From Blastocystis sp. Blastoise (lineage: Eukaryota > Protista > Bigyra: Opalinata), in assembly GCA_039096225.1 (NCBI GenBank), contig JBBPEB010000004.1, positions 992,001 through 1,056,000 of the forward strand: a stretch of 64,000 bases of DNA, written 5' to 3'. Shown here in pieces: positions 1-17,362 of the stretch. The notes under the pieces were generated by a model. It was given only the letters and a program-made list of their open reading frames with translations. It was not told where the DNA came from and made no database searches. The stretch's first letter is position 1. Each line of letters opens with the position of its first letter. The translations under genes and the position numbers were made by a program.

Positions 1-644
1 GGTAAAAGAATAATTGAGATATCAATTTGATGATGAGGGTCACAATTGCATATAGGTATAGAAATAGAAGCTAGATAAATAATGATTTATGAACTCTTGT
101 AAATATAATTGAAAACAAATAATTCTATTGAAAATAGGATACAACTAATTATTAATCAATGCAATGAATACAAAAATAAATATAAAAAATACTCATAAAG
201 TCATTGTTTAAGTCTTGATACAATAATATTTTTGAAGGGAGACTTTCATGGACAAATAATTGATTTGGTCTATGATTATTCAAGATTATAGGAAATATTC
301 CATATATTGACAATGGCTAGAAATATATTAGGATGCTAAATGACTGAAAATGTACTTTTGTAATCGAGAATGGACAAATATATAAATAAGTCTGATTCGT
401 ACTTTTCTTATATCCAACTGTAGAAGGATAATAAATAAAAATAATACTATGTACATACATAAGAATTGACCGGTTGCATCAAAATTGATGAATATACAGT
501 CTTTTAGAGATGACACTGACGCTACAAGTTGATCAAATGAGATATATATTTTCTAGCAATAAGTAGATGAAATAATTGACATTTATATACTTTAAATTTC
601 TTTAATCTCTCAGATATTCTTTTTGTAACGGGTGTGAGAGTCAT
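1..644 (-). CDS. Hypothetical multi-exon protein, 3' end outside the window
   Basis: ATG at 644 gives MTLTPVTKRISERLKKFK, then a GT-AG intron, then KIYISFDQLVASVSSLKDCIFINFDATGQFL; further GT-AG-bounded exons run to the window edge. No family recognised. Confidence 0.5.
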
Positions 645-887
645 ATAAAGAATATTATTTGTATTATTTATTAAACTTGAGTTGACGAAAAATTTATTTT
701 TTTATGTCCTTCATAGTTGAAATACTTTTATATAAAAATTCTATTAATGAATACATCATTTTATTAAGTGATTTACTAGAAGATTATGCAAAGCAAAGAC
801 ATAGAGTGTACAAAACAGTGAAAACAAAAGCAATATCTATAGAACATAATAAAAAACAGCAAGAGATGAGTAAAAATAATAATAAAA

Positions 888-1525
888 TTATTTTGGCTTT
901 TCTACAAGAACATCAAATGTTAATAATTGTTTAGAAAGATCAAAAAGAGCAAAAGATCGTACTTCTAAATCATCTACAATACCAACTCCTTGCAAATAGA
1001 CTAAATTATTAAGGCTTAATACTTGTTTCATCTGAACTTTAACTTCACTAAAACACGGCTTATTATTTTGTTGCTTGTAACTTATTAAAAAAGAATAACT
1101 AGAAATATATATATATATATATAATATATATATAATATATAAAGAAATATATATATATGTAGACATATGTATATAGAAAAAAATTATATATATAGACAAA
1201 AAATTATATATATGAAAAAAATATACACTCCACGAGGAAATCCATATCCATCAATAGGTGTGTAGCTCATTGAAGTAATTTGAGGAGGGGTTGATTCTGT
1301 GTAAAACGTTGCTTGATTGCCACCATTGACAACATTGTAAATAAGTCCAAACCGAAACTCATTTGGTGTTGATCTTGAGTCAGAATAGAATTTATCGATC
1401 ACTGCAAGATTGTCTATCAATTTCTTATTCAAGGAAAGGCAATGAGATTCCAATGATGTATATAAACTATTTGTTAATGATTCATAGTATGCATCGCTAG
1501 GTTCCCTATTATTTTCCATGTCCAT
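888..1525 (-). CDS. Hypothetical protein, 2 exons, ~165 aa
   Basis: ORF 1184..1531 (MDMENNREP...GYGFPRGV) splices in frame through a GTATAT...TAAG intron to YKQQNNKPCF...VEKPK-TAA of ORF 888..1199. No family recognised. Confidence 0.65.
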
Positions 1526-1875
1526 ATTCAATATATTCCTGCTTTATAAGTGAAAGATTAGCTTGTGAAATGATACTACAATTTTGAAATTTTTTTTTGT
1601 TTTGTTTATTATTTTTGCGAATTTTATAGTAAAAAGCTCATTCATGTGTTTTTCAATACACGGAATATTTTAAATATACAAATTTATAAAGATATATTGA
1701 TTAAGAGAATTCTTTGGATCCAATTGATTATGACACATTAAAATTTGTAGATTCAAACAGTCTTTATGAACAAAAGACCATAAATATGATGTTGTTTCAA
1801 CAATATGAAAACAGATATTGAGACAAATATACGAAATAATATAAAATAATGTATATTTTTAAACAGAAAGAATGG

Positions 1876-5146
<3,271 letters not shown>

Positions 5147-6452
5147 GCCTAGAAAATTAAGAAAAACAAAAAATATGTATATCCTAAAAACATCGATTTT
5201 GATTGTTAAAAGTATATTTAATTTCTTTTATATAATTAAGAGCTTCTTCTAGAAATAAAATGAACAAAACTAAATGGTACATATAAAAAAATTAGAGAAA
5301 AAGAGAATTAATGGACATATGAACACTAAATCCATTATAATAGATCTTATAAGAAAAGAATGAACATATATATAAAGATCATAGAAAGCAAACAACAATG
5401 ATTACAACAAAAATAAAATTATTTAGAATGTTATCCGAATAGACAACATAACCATTCTAAATAAGAATATATACGAAGACACAATTTGAACAAAAGCATA
5501 CGAAAAAGATAAGAAAGACAAACATAAAAAATTATTAGAGGAATAAATAGATATATACAGTACATAAGAAATGATAATGAATCGTATTAATATATATATA
5601 TAAACATTACAAAAAAACAAAAGAATAATAGTTTAGCTATATATGAATATGTATTAATGTTTATATATATATCTATATTAAAATATAAAGCATAAGTAAA
5701 GTTTATAGATGATTTTTGAATTAATTATAGTTATATATAAAATATTATTATGTAGCAGATAAGTGAAAATGAAAAAAAAAAAAATAAATAATAATTATAA
5801 AAATCATAGATAAAACAATATTTGTATAAATATGTAGTAATTTATACAAAGATAAAATGATTGATGTTAGAGTAAGACATACTTGATATATAATGAAAAT
5901 AGAATAATAATGAATTAAAACTAGATAAAATTTTAAAAATTAATAAAAGTATATATATTTATTAATGTTTATTATAGTTATAATATTATATATATATATT
6001 TAGAAAAATATATATATAAAGAAATAGATAACTTAGTAAATATTTAAAAACAACTAAGAATGAAGAGAAGAAAAATATATAACTATATGAATGTATCTAT
6101 AGATACATATATAACTATAACATAATAAATATATTTAAAAAAACTATAAATAGCAATAGAGAGCTTAGTTATAAATGATAGATAAATTTAATATAAAATC
6201 GATATTTATAATTTGATATCAAAAGGAATAATATATATATATATATATAGAATCAAGAAAAAGAAAAAGAAAACGAAAACAAGAATATATAAACAAAAAA
6301 GAAAACAAGAAAACTAACAAACTAACATAGAGTAAGACTAACAGTTGTATTATTCATATATGTATATATATATCTTAAATAAATATATATATACAAAATA
6401 ATACATATTAAAGTGTTTCTAGAATAAATTATATATATATAGATGTATATAA

Positions 6453-7935
6453 TTAGTTACTTAAACACGGAATATCTACTTGACCTTTTGTTGTATACCA
6501 CATTGATGTATACTCACGAATATCCTATATATATATATAGAATCATATAATAATAATAAGTAATATAATAATAATTTATGTATAAAGTAGTAGAAACATA
6601 AAAATAAAATAATAAATAAGTAAATAAACAATATATATATACATCAACATCTTTGATATATTTAAGTATTGACAAAAGCATAAGTAGTTCATCATCAACG
6701 CGCTCTATAGAAGAAGAAGAAGATGATGAAGAAGAAGAAGAAGATGATGATGATGAAGATTCTAGAGAAATATGAGATGCAGATCGTAGAGATTGTTCAA
6801 AGGAAGAAACTAATAAGTAATTCGATATATAAGAAGATGAAGAAACATAAGTATCAAGAATAAGGAATTTCTTAGGATTTAAATGAAAGATAGATAAATG
6901 TTTAATAAATTCATTTGAATAATGAGATGAGGATTCATTGCCAATAATAGCCAAGAAATACTCATAACAATTTATACATTCCAAAATCTGTTTAACTAAC
7001 TATATAGTATAGATATATATATAGTTATATTAAAGTATATAATATATAATTATTAACTAATAAAAATACCTATTATTATTAATAATAAATAAATATAATA
7101 AATATATATAATTAATAAAAAATCAACACAAATATAATAAATATATATAATTAATAACATACATCTTTACTATGACTTGAGTATATAATTAAATTATAAG
7201 AGTTACTTAAAGTAGATAAGAAATGATCTAATCCGTTACGTTTCTGTACATAATACGTACAGAATCCATTCTTTGTTTTGATCTCACATAATGTATAAGG
7301 AGTTGAAGGTTCACTAGTACATACATTTACTAATAAACCTAAAAATCCCATGATTATCGTCTTCTTTGGAGAATTCACTAGTAATTGTTGAAATTCATGA
7401 ACTACGGTTGGTAAGAAGATTAAAGGAGAACTATCATCTTCACCTTCTCTAGATTGATCAACCTGATTATTTGGAGATGATGAAGGTGTAGAAACACGCT
7501 GTATAATATATAATATATATATATATATATATATAAATAAGAAAAAATAATAATTATTCATTAAAGCATAGACTAAAACAAATAATATGACATTCACATA
7601 TCATATGAAAATAATGAATAAGATATAAAATGACAAATAAGTCTAGTAAGAACATGTATCTACACAAGTTATAGAAAAAAAGAGAATAACGTAAAATAGT
7701 TACATAAAAGAAGACGAGGAGAAATATATACAGAGATTGGAGAGGCAGATGATAAGAAAAGAGAATGCCAGTCTTGACAACTATCAGATATAGAAGAGTC
7801 GAAAGATGATCTCGATGATTTAGATCGATGGAATGTACTTAGCCTTGAATATACATTCGGATCAAACGTTAATATATGACTGGCGGAATCAGCACTATTG
7901 GAACATTTATTTAATAATTCAATTTCAGAGTCCAT
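6453..7935 (-). CDS. FCP1/SCP (NIF, HAD-fold) CTD-phosphatase-like protein, probably catalytically dead; 4 exons
   Basis: KKTIIMGFLGLLVN (family KKTLVLDLDETLVH), YVQKRNGLDHFLSTLSNSYNLIIYSS, FIKHLSIFHLNPKKFLILD and DDELLMLLSILKYIKDVDDIR. Three in-frame GT-AG introns; TAA at 6453-6455. Confidence 0.8.
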
Positions 7936-8899
7936 AACAATATAGTAAAAGAGGAGAAACCAGTAAGATCTCAAAGCACAAATGTGAGTCTTATTTCTCA
8001 AAATAAAATGAGCAATGGTATGTTACAAAAAAAACACCTTTTATTCTGAATCAATCGAGTTGAATCAGGACATTATTTGTATTGATCCTTATCAATTGGG
8101 TCCTACCCTATTTTTTTGAATACTTTTGTTGAACCAATAGAAACGGCAACTTTTTATTTCTTACCTATTGGACATAGAATACAAATAAATATTCTTGCAT
8201 TTTGATTGGATCACCATTGAACCTCCTCGTCAATAAACAATTCATACTATCTCCTTTCATTTAAAAAAAATGTGCTATTTTCTGATTTAGAGGTTATATT
8301 CTCATCATTGCAGCATATAACACAACATCAACAAAATTTCTAACATTATTATTACTATGAAAAAGTAAATATATATAAAAATAAGACTATGAGCAAAGAA
8401 CGATTGTTTTCCAATGATTATCATGAGCTGACTCAGAATAGATAGGTGATTTAAACAACTACAGAATCAAAATAAGATTCTGGTAATAAAACAGAGAAGC
8501 TAGTTCTTTTTTACAATAATAATAGAATAGAATATCGATATTTTTGAGTACAAGAATAAAAGAATTCTTGGAAAGCACACAAAGATTAGAAAATAAATAG
8601 TTGAACGTGAATAGAGAGAAGTAGATACCAAGTTTTTGTTTTTGTGTATATAAGGTTTAAAATGGAATCAAATTATAGAAGAAAAAATGAATTAGATAGA
8701 TAAGATGATCAACTAATATAATATTTAGTATACGACGTCATAACTATGGAAAATAAAAATTACGTCAGTTTTTGTTCTAAACGATAATAACGTTGAAAAA
8801 ACAGAAAAATACCTGTTTTTGATTATAAAACCAAGGTTTTTCTTGAGATTGTTTTTTTCCGTATTCATTCTAAATATTTCATTCTTAATTGATTGTATT

Positions 8900-11800
8900 A
8901 TGCGTATTTCAAAGCTTTCGATTATATTCATTTGCTTATTTATCTGTATAAATATATTTATATCTATTAATTAATGAGAAAATCACAATTCTTTAGGTTT
9001 TGCTTCTGCTAATCTTCGTCGTCTTCAAGATGATGATGATGATGATTCTCAAGGTAATGATGCTGATAAAGCCAAATGTAATGGAAATGGATTTTATGAT
9101 AGTGAAAAACAAAAATGTGATTGTGACCAATATTTTGGAGGGAGTGACTGTTCAAAGACATGTCTTTATGATATAGATGGTGATGGTACTTATGATATTT
9201 GTTCTGGACATGGTACTTGTAATAATTCTACTTATGTTTGTACTTGTGAGTTTGGTTATATTGGTGAAGGATGTTATCATCAGTGTCCTACTTCTAAGGA
9301 TATTGATGGAAATGAAGCTTTATGTGGTGGAAATGGTCATTGTGTTATACAAGGTGAATATGAAGAACAAGCTGCTGTTTGTCAATGTAATGATGGTTTT
9401 TCAGGAATAAGTTGTGAACAAGGTTGTGCTTATGGTATAGGTGATGATGGTCAAAAGAGTGTTTGTTCTGGTCATGGTATTTGTGGCGTTGAAATTGATG
9501 AAGAAATGCAATCAGTTCATACATGTTCCTGTAATAATGGTTATTATGGTGAAGATTGTAGTCAATTCTGTCCAGGTCTTACTGTAGAAAATGGTATTAC
9601 TTATGAATGTAGTGGTAACGGTGTTTGTAATCGTAAAACATTCGAATGCACATGTGAAACTGGAGTCAAAAGCTTAAATACTACTACTTGTATGATATAG
9701 ATTTTTTTTTTGTTTATAATTCTTTTTTTTTTATTATTATATTGTTTTATTTGTTATGTTATTTGTTATTTTTTATTTTTTTTTTATTTATTTTATTGTT
9801 TAATTTATTGTTTAATTTATTGTTTAATTTATTATTTTATTATTTTATGATTATATATATTATATATATATTATATATAATCTCTAGGTGCTTGTTCCGA
9901 TGACGCTAGTTCTTGTCATGGAAAAGGTACCTGCAAATCAGCATACGGATGCAAATGCTTAAATCAAGGGTATATATAATGATTATTATTGTTATTGTTA
10001 TAATATTATAATTATAATATGATATTATGGTTAGTATATTATAGTTATTATTAGCGTATATACATAATTTAGATTAATAATAATAATAATTGCTATTATA
10101 TAGTACTATTGGTAAATGGTGTAATGCCTTTTGTGATTACAGAGAAGACTGTTCAGGAAATGGATTATGTGATAAGTATATATATATAATCATAATCATA
10201 ATCATAATCATAATCATAATAATCATAATCATAATAATATATAATAATATATAATAATAATAATAATTCTATATATAGTGAGCTCTTTTTAACAACAAAA
10301 GAATGCCGTTGTATTCGTGATTTCTATGGTGCTAATTGTAGTAAGGAATGTAATAACGAAATATGTAATGACCATGGGTCCTGTGATTCTACAGGTATAG
10401 TTATATATATTATATTTACTTATACTTATGATTCTACTTATTATTATTATTTATATACTTTTCTTCTATTTATTATATTTATTATTATTATTTATATATT
10501 TTTCTTCTATTTATTATATTTATTCTTATTATATATTATATAGGTTCATGTGTTTGTAATGACGGTTACAGCGGAGAATTCTGTGACACTGGATCTGACC
10601 CTATTCACGTAGAAGTCACATGGCTTATTCTTATTATTGTTCTTCTCATTCTTATTATTGGATATATGTGCTGGAAGAATTATGTATATTATTATATATA
10701 TAGAATAGTTTTTTTAATATATTTATAAATAGTATATTAATTATATTTATATAGTCAAGAGAACCCAAATATAAGCTTCAACCAGTGTATATATTTATAT
10801 ATAATATATAATATATAATAAAACTATTTAGTAGTCGTCCAATTGTACATGACCCTCAGAACACTAAAGGATTATTGGCTCGTGAAGATGACGTACCAAG
10901 GGAAGAACCTGCTCGTACTCCTATTCTTAACAGTATATATATATATATATATATTCATTTAGTGTTTTTGTGTATATATTTATATCTTTTTTAAAAGTAT
11001 AGTCTGTTTTATTTAAACTTGTTTAAATATATTTATTATAATAATATATATATATATAGATATTGATGGATGGACTTGTAATGCTTGTACTTATGTAAAT
11101 AGAAAGGAAGATACAATATGTAAGGTGTGCCACTCTGAAAGAGAAGAAAAGGTATGTTATGTATTATATTATATTATATTATATACTATTATATTATATT
11201 ATATATATAGAAAAAGACAAAACGTGCTATTCGTCATCAAAAGGATATTAGTGTTCCTGAAGATTCCCATGAGAATACTCAAGAAGAACCCTCAAGTTCC
11301 TTAAATTTCCAAGATAGTGATGATGAATCAGATATTAAGATCACTCGTAAACGAAGAGGGCGTAAAATTGATATTGATGCTATGAATGCTCCTTCTCCTT
11401 CTCCTGCTGATGCTACTACTACTGCTACTACTACTACTACTGTTAATACTAATAATAATAATGATAATACTACTACCAAGGATAATACTAATGATGCTAC
11501 TACTACTATTGCTACTAATGAGAATACTGAATCTAATAATGAAGAACAATCTACTGCTCCTATTGATTTATGGTCAAGTGATAATATCAGATTATTATGT
11601 CAACTTATTAGTCGTTCGGATGATTCTATTAATCTTCTTTTGTCGTATACATTACTTACAGAAAAAACTGTGTCTAATTTCAATACTGAAGTATATATAT
11701 ATATCTATATTAATAATAATGGTATTCTATGTATATATATATACCTATATTAATAATAATGAAATTCTATATATAATATATATAATATTAATAATAATGA

Positions 11801-12123
11801 AATTCTATATATATATATATAGATATCTGCTCCTGGTTATGTTCATTTAACACCTGCTGTTCCTTCTTCGAATGAATTTACTACACATGATTCTATTATT
11901 ACTCAATCTATTACTGTATTTATAATCATATTATTATATAGAATAATCATTATATTATAATATTAATTATACAATAATGATTATATAACAATTATATATA
12001 TTTCAATGTATATAGTGTTCTCCTTCAGAAGGTAAGCCTATTAAGTTACGTATAAAACTAACATATACATTAAATACTGAAGAAATCACAGAATCTTCAC
12101 CTTCTTTGAAATTAAACTTCTAA
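8900..12123 (+). CDS. Type I membrane protein: signal peptide, ~8 tenascin/teneurin-type EGF repeats, TM helix, RanBP2/NZF zinc finger, low-complexity hinge, gamma-adaptin ear (GAE)-like domain; 12 exons
   Basis: All exons join in frame through GT-AG introns. Motifs: MRISKLSIIFICLFICFASA; repeated CSGHGxC...CxCxxGYxGxxC; WLILIIVLLILIIGYMCW; WTCNACTYVNRKEDTICKVC; VSNFNTEISAPGYVHLTPAVPSS...ITQSITCSPSEGKPIKLRIKLTY; TAA at 12121. Confidence 0.85.
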
Positions 12124-13311
12124 TTATTATGTATTCTAGAAGTATATAAATAGGTATTTCTTTTCATTTTTACATATTTCTAAGTTTGTCTCTTTTCATC
12201 ATTATATTGTCACTTATGTTGTATGTAATATATATGTATCAATATTTATATACATTATTATTTATTATTTTTTTAAAATATTTATATAATTATTTTCAAA
12301 CGATTATCATTATTGATTTGTTCAGTATATTTTGTTTGTTTATCATTATTTGCTTTTTAGTAATGTATAGAATTCATTATATGTATTCTTATGTTAACTT
12401 TTCACATCAAAAAAATGAACAAATAATAAGTTACACAAAAATGAAGAACTCTTTATAGTAAACAATGTATATGCTGGTTCTGAACAGTAAATAAAAATGT
12501 AATATATTTAAATGAGTATTAGTTAATTATTAAGGATTACTGAATGCTATTGTATATAGCTTATCGAGTAGACGAACCGTGATAAATGAAATAATGGATA
12601 TATAAACAGTTTTCAACGTCATTATTAATCATTAATATATTTTTTTAAATCCAAAATTGTACATTCACGAATATACAGATAAATGAATAATACTGTACAA
12701 TACATGGACAAATAAATAGAATCTAACTAATATTAAACGATGAAACATCATAAAACTTGAAAAAACAAGGATTATTCGAATAATCGGTATATTGTACAGA
12801 TATGACTTATTAATTCTAATCCTACGATTATTTTTGATATGGGAACTATTCCTACAAATCATAAAAATATTTATCTATCGTTGTATAAAGAAATTGTGTT
12901 TAAAAGGAATTCATTTAAATAAAATTATTCTTGAAATGCTAATACAATGTTTTGGTATTTATCTCTCTTGCTTCTTTTTGACATTACTTTGAGTTTTTAT
13001 CCAATTAAAACCACACAAAAGATTATCAACAAACAGGAATCAAATTTTTAGAGCTTCTATAATGATCTCTAGACATTATATTATAAAGCAGATTTAGAAA
13101 AACTTGAATAAATACACTAGATGCAATTCGTACATATAAAAATGAAAATGAGATTCTAGGCCCAATGAAGCTACTTCCGTGGTTTTATTAGAAACCTGTC
13201 TGTAATCATGGATTTATTCATGTTTCTTAGGATGACGCACCTTAAAAGTTAACTTCTTTTCTCTATTGCAAAACTCATAGATGTTTTTTGTTTCTGTGTT
13301 TTGTTTTTATA

Positions 13312-15063
13312 ATGTCACTTTCGATTACTGTATGCTTCAAATTGATAATTAAGTACTTATATTATATAGCGTTCTGTTTTTGAAACTCTTAAAACTGGTG
13401 AAGTTGTTCACAAGTTCATTTTCAGCAATGGATCCATGAAGATTACTATGCTTGATTTTGGTGCTCATATTTGGGATATTCAATGTCCTGATAAAAATGG
13501 TACTCTTGAAGGTATTACTCAAAGCTGTACTACTATTGAAGATCAATTAACCTTAAATAATTACTATGGTGCTACTATTGGAAGGTGTTTATATGACTTA
13601 TATTTAATTATTTATTATTTATTATTTGGAAATTTAGTTATTTGTTATATCATTATTATTTATTATATTTCTTTTTATGATAGTATATTATTATTATGTT
13701 TCATGATATCTATTTCTTGTAATGATATATAGATATGGTAATCGTATAGCTAAAGGTGTATATAAGATTGATGGTATTGAATATCATGCTCCTATTAATA
13801 ACGGGGATAATGCTCTTCATGGAGGTATTCAAGGATTTGATAAGGTATATATTTATTATATTTATTATATTTATTATATTTATTATATTTATTATATTTA
13901 TTATTCTTATAGAATTTATAAGAATTAAAGTAATTATTATAATATTATATATATATAGCATATGTGGGATACTAAGGTAATTATGGATAATGACCAAGTT
14001 GGTGTCGAATTTTCCCGTGTTTCTGCTGATGGTGAAGAAGGTTACCCTGGTGAAATGCATGTATATGATTATTTTATTTATTTATTTATTTATTTATTAT
14101 TATTTATTTATTTATTATTATTTATTAATTTTTATTATTTATTAATTTTTTTATATTAATTTTTCATTTTGTTTTTATTATTATTTTTTTGTTTGAAACT
14201 TAAATCTTATTTACTTTACACATTCTTTATGTTCTATTTATTTTTACTACATTTTATATCCTATATTCTTTATATAGATTACTGTTGCTTATACCTTGAA
14301 CCTTAAGAATGAATTATCTATTGATTATAAGGGTACTACTACTAAACCTACTATTATTAATATGACCAATCATACTTATTGGAATCTTACGGGTAATTGC
14401 AAAGATCAAATCTATGATACTGTATATTATATATCATCTATAAATATTTTGTTTATAATTATATATATTTATATTTATATATTTATAGGAATTATATATA
14501 AATGCTGATAAATATTTACCTGTTGAAGATATGGTATATATATATATAATTATCTTTGTTCAACTAGAATTCTATATATATATATTTATAGATTCCTATT
14601 AATCTTGGTACTCCTGTAAAAGATACTACTTTTGATTTTACAACTCGTCGTGCCATGGGTCCTAATGTTCGCGCCAGTGACGGTGGCGGTAAACCTGGTA
14701 TTGATCATACTTATATTCTTAATAAAGAAAAAGAAGGAGAATTATCTCTCTGTGCTGAGTATACTTTTATTGATTTATATATTATTATGATGAATCTGTT
14801 TATTATTATTATGTTTTTTTTTTATTTTTTTAAAATGTTTTTTTTTTATTTATTAAAATTTTTTTTAATTATTTAAAATATTTTCATATCTCAATATATA
14901 GGATACTTATATATATTTAATATTAATTATAATTATATATATATATAGAGCTTATGAGCCTGTAAGTGGTCGTCATATGACAGTATATACTACTGAACCT
15001 GGTGTTCAATTATATACTTCCAACTGGATCGATAAACTCCCTCCTTGGGCACCTGTATATATA

Positions 15064-15126
<63 letters not shown>

Positions 15127-15382
15127 AATTATTTACTCATACTTTTCTTTCTCTTATGTTTTTATTATTTAAATTAACTGTTTTATTATTCATTACTGTT
15201 TCAGTATCTTAAATAATATATTCATTATTCTTGATTTATATTATATCTATATATAGCATTATGCGTTCTGTTTAGAGACTCATCATGCTCCTAATAGCCC
15301 TAATGTTCCTGAATTTCCTACTACTCTTCTTCGACCTGATCAAACTTATCATACCCATACTGTTTATGCCTTTAGCTGGTAA
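13312..15382 (+). CDS. GALM: Aldose 1-epimerase (galactose mutarotase)
   Basis: Spliced motifs YYGATIGRYGNRIAKG, NALHGGIQGFDK, GEEGYPGE, PTIINMTNHTYWNLTG, SGRHMTVYTTEPGVQLYT and FCLETHHAPNSPN; all introns GT-AG and in frame. Confidence 0.95.
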
Positions 15383-15688
15383 ATCTATTGTTTAAACACT
15401 TATATATTCATTATGTATTACATTATCAATTTTTTTTTATTGTATGATTCTTTATTCGATTTATTGTAATGCTATTTGAAATGTATATATATATTTTTAA
15501 ATATATATTTTAATAATTATGTTTTGCTTGTTTTATCTTTTTATACAAGATGTTGTGTATTCAGTAATGACATAATAACAATATATATATCTTTCAATCA
15601 AAACACTTATCATAAAGACAAACCCATAATATCTATATACAAAAGAATAAAAATTAAAAAAAAAGTGATTCATAGTATTATCATCAAT

Positions 15689-15967
15689 TTAGAAAGAGTT
15701 TATAAGAATAACTACACTCCAAGAAACAATATATATATAAGCTATCAATCCACAAAATCTTCTAAATTTTGTGTCTCCCCAATATCCAATAAATCCAAGA
15801 ACCATATTCACAATAAATTGATATAAAATCATCCAAGCAACAGCTCTATTGAAGTGTGTAATGAAAACACCAATTATTGTACCCACCCAAGGGAATATTA
15901 TATTCAATATAAATATCCATAAAGCATCACTTGTAGATAAAATTGTAGTTTCCCAAAAAGGAGCCAT
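15689..15967 (-). CDS. Small multi-pass membrane protein, Stum/SPEC3-like; intronless
   Basis: 92-aa ATG-to-TAA ORF with hydrophobic helices. IFILNIIFPWVGTII resembles the LNxxxPGxGT motif of Stum/SPEC3 proteins. Confidence 0.55.
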   Translation of the reverse strand: MAPFWETTILSTSDALWIFILNIIFPWVGTIIGVFITHFNRAVAWMILYQFIVNMVLGFIGYWGDTKFRRFCGLIAYIYIVSWSVVILINSF

Positions 15968-17362
15968 AACTAAGAGATTAATATTTATTTTTGTTTATCA
16001 AAAGATCTAAAAAAAGAAGCACGACATTGAAGAACTTGAAATAAAGATATCTAATTTCGAAGTATTAAAAAAACGTAGTGCACAAAACATCAACAAATAT
16101 TGAAATTAATGTGCAGATATCATACTCATTTCGTGTGTAGCATTGTCACAAGTATCATTCATAGAAGAACAACAATTTTTTTCGAGAACACGAAATTTGA
16201 AATATTTATTCATCCTATTTTACCTCTCAGTTTCTTCTCTATGTATAGACTAAAGCAAATATATATATTAATAGTTCATGAAGAATAAAAGATGAAAATA
16301 ATATTGAAAAACAGTGCCTTCCCGAGTGTCTGTGACACTTGCGGCGACACTTTTGTGACACTTTTTTCAGCCATGCTTAATTCGGCTGAATTCGATAAAC
16401 TGAAGCCAGATTGTGATTTCTCTCACTGATAGGTACTTTTGACTATTTAAAGCTTTTTCATGGCTTATTTTTGCATAAGAACATTTTTAATCAATAATAA
16501 TTCAATAAATAAAAGACTTGAATACAAAAGAAGAATATTTCAGGAAAGTTTTATGTAGATTAATGATTTAGACTCAAAAAAACTATTAAGCATATTTTAT
16601 CAATGAATTGACATCTTTATATTATTCTAAAGTGTTATACAATATCAAAAACGTTTCTGTTTCATTCTAAGTCGCCATTTTGACAATAATGGGGTCAATA
16701 TTTTAGAATTTTTTATAGCTCTGTTCAAAGTGAAAGACCTCTTAAATTCATAAACATGTGTAAAAGTGAATAAAATGACATCTATGAGTCAAAACGACAA
16801 CCAAGTCAAAAAGTCAAAAAATTATTTTTTTACACTGAAAGAATGAACCGAGCCTATTTGTTTGGCTGAATAAAAGACCAGAGTTTTGATTCTTTTGTAT
16901 TTACGGGAATAATTTTCTTGTCCAAAACTGAGTCTGTTTATATTTTGTTATATATCAAAGCACAAAAAGATTTTAGAATAGTTTTTACATTATATTTTAG
17001 TATAATTAAAGGTTCCGCATCAAAAACTTTTGTCAGAAGTTTAAACTAAGCAGTTATTTTTTAGTATCAAATAAAAGTCGTTTTAAAAGTTGCTATTAGA
17101 GTAATTTTATGTAATAGAAAAGCATTTGAAGTTGAAAACAGTAGTTTTTAGACGAGTATATAAACAGATCAGAAAGTCAAAGAAAATGAGTTATTTTTGA
17201 GAAGCTAAAAGTAGTGGGATACAATAGAATTGTGTAAATAATGTATTGTCTGACGCGTTAAAACTAATAATCTTAATAGAATATCTCAAAAAAAAACTGA
17301 AGAATAAAAAATGTATTTTTAAGAATATTTTTAGTATTTGACTGAAAGATTTGAATTTAAAT

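Noticed and set aside
5423-5620. Hydrophobic 65-aa ORF
   Set aside because: Non-ATG start, T-rich intergenic or UTR composition, no splice or motif support.
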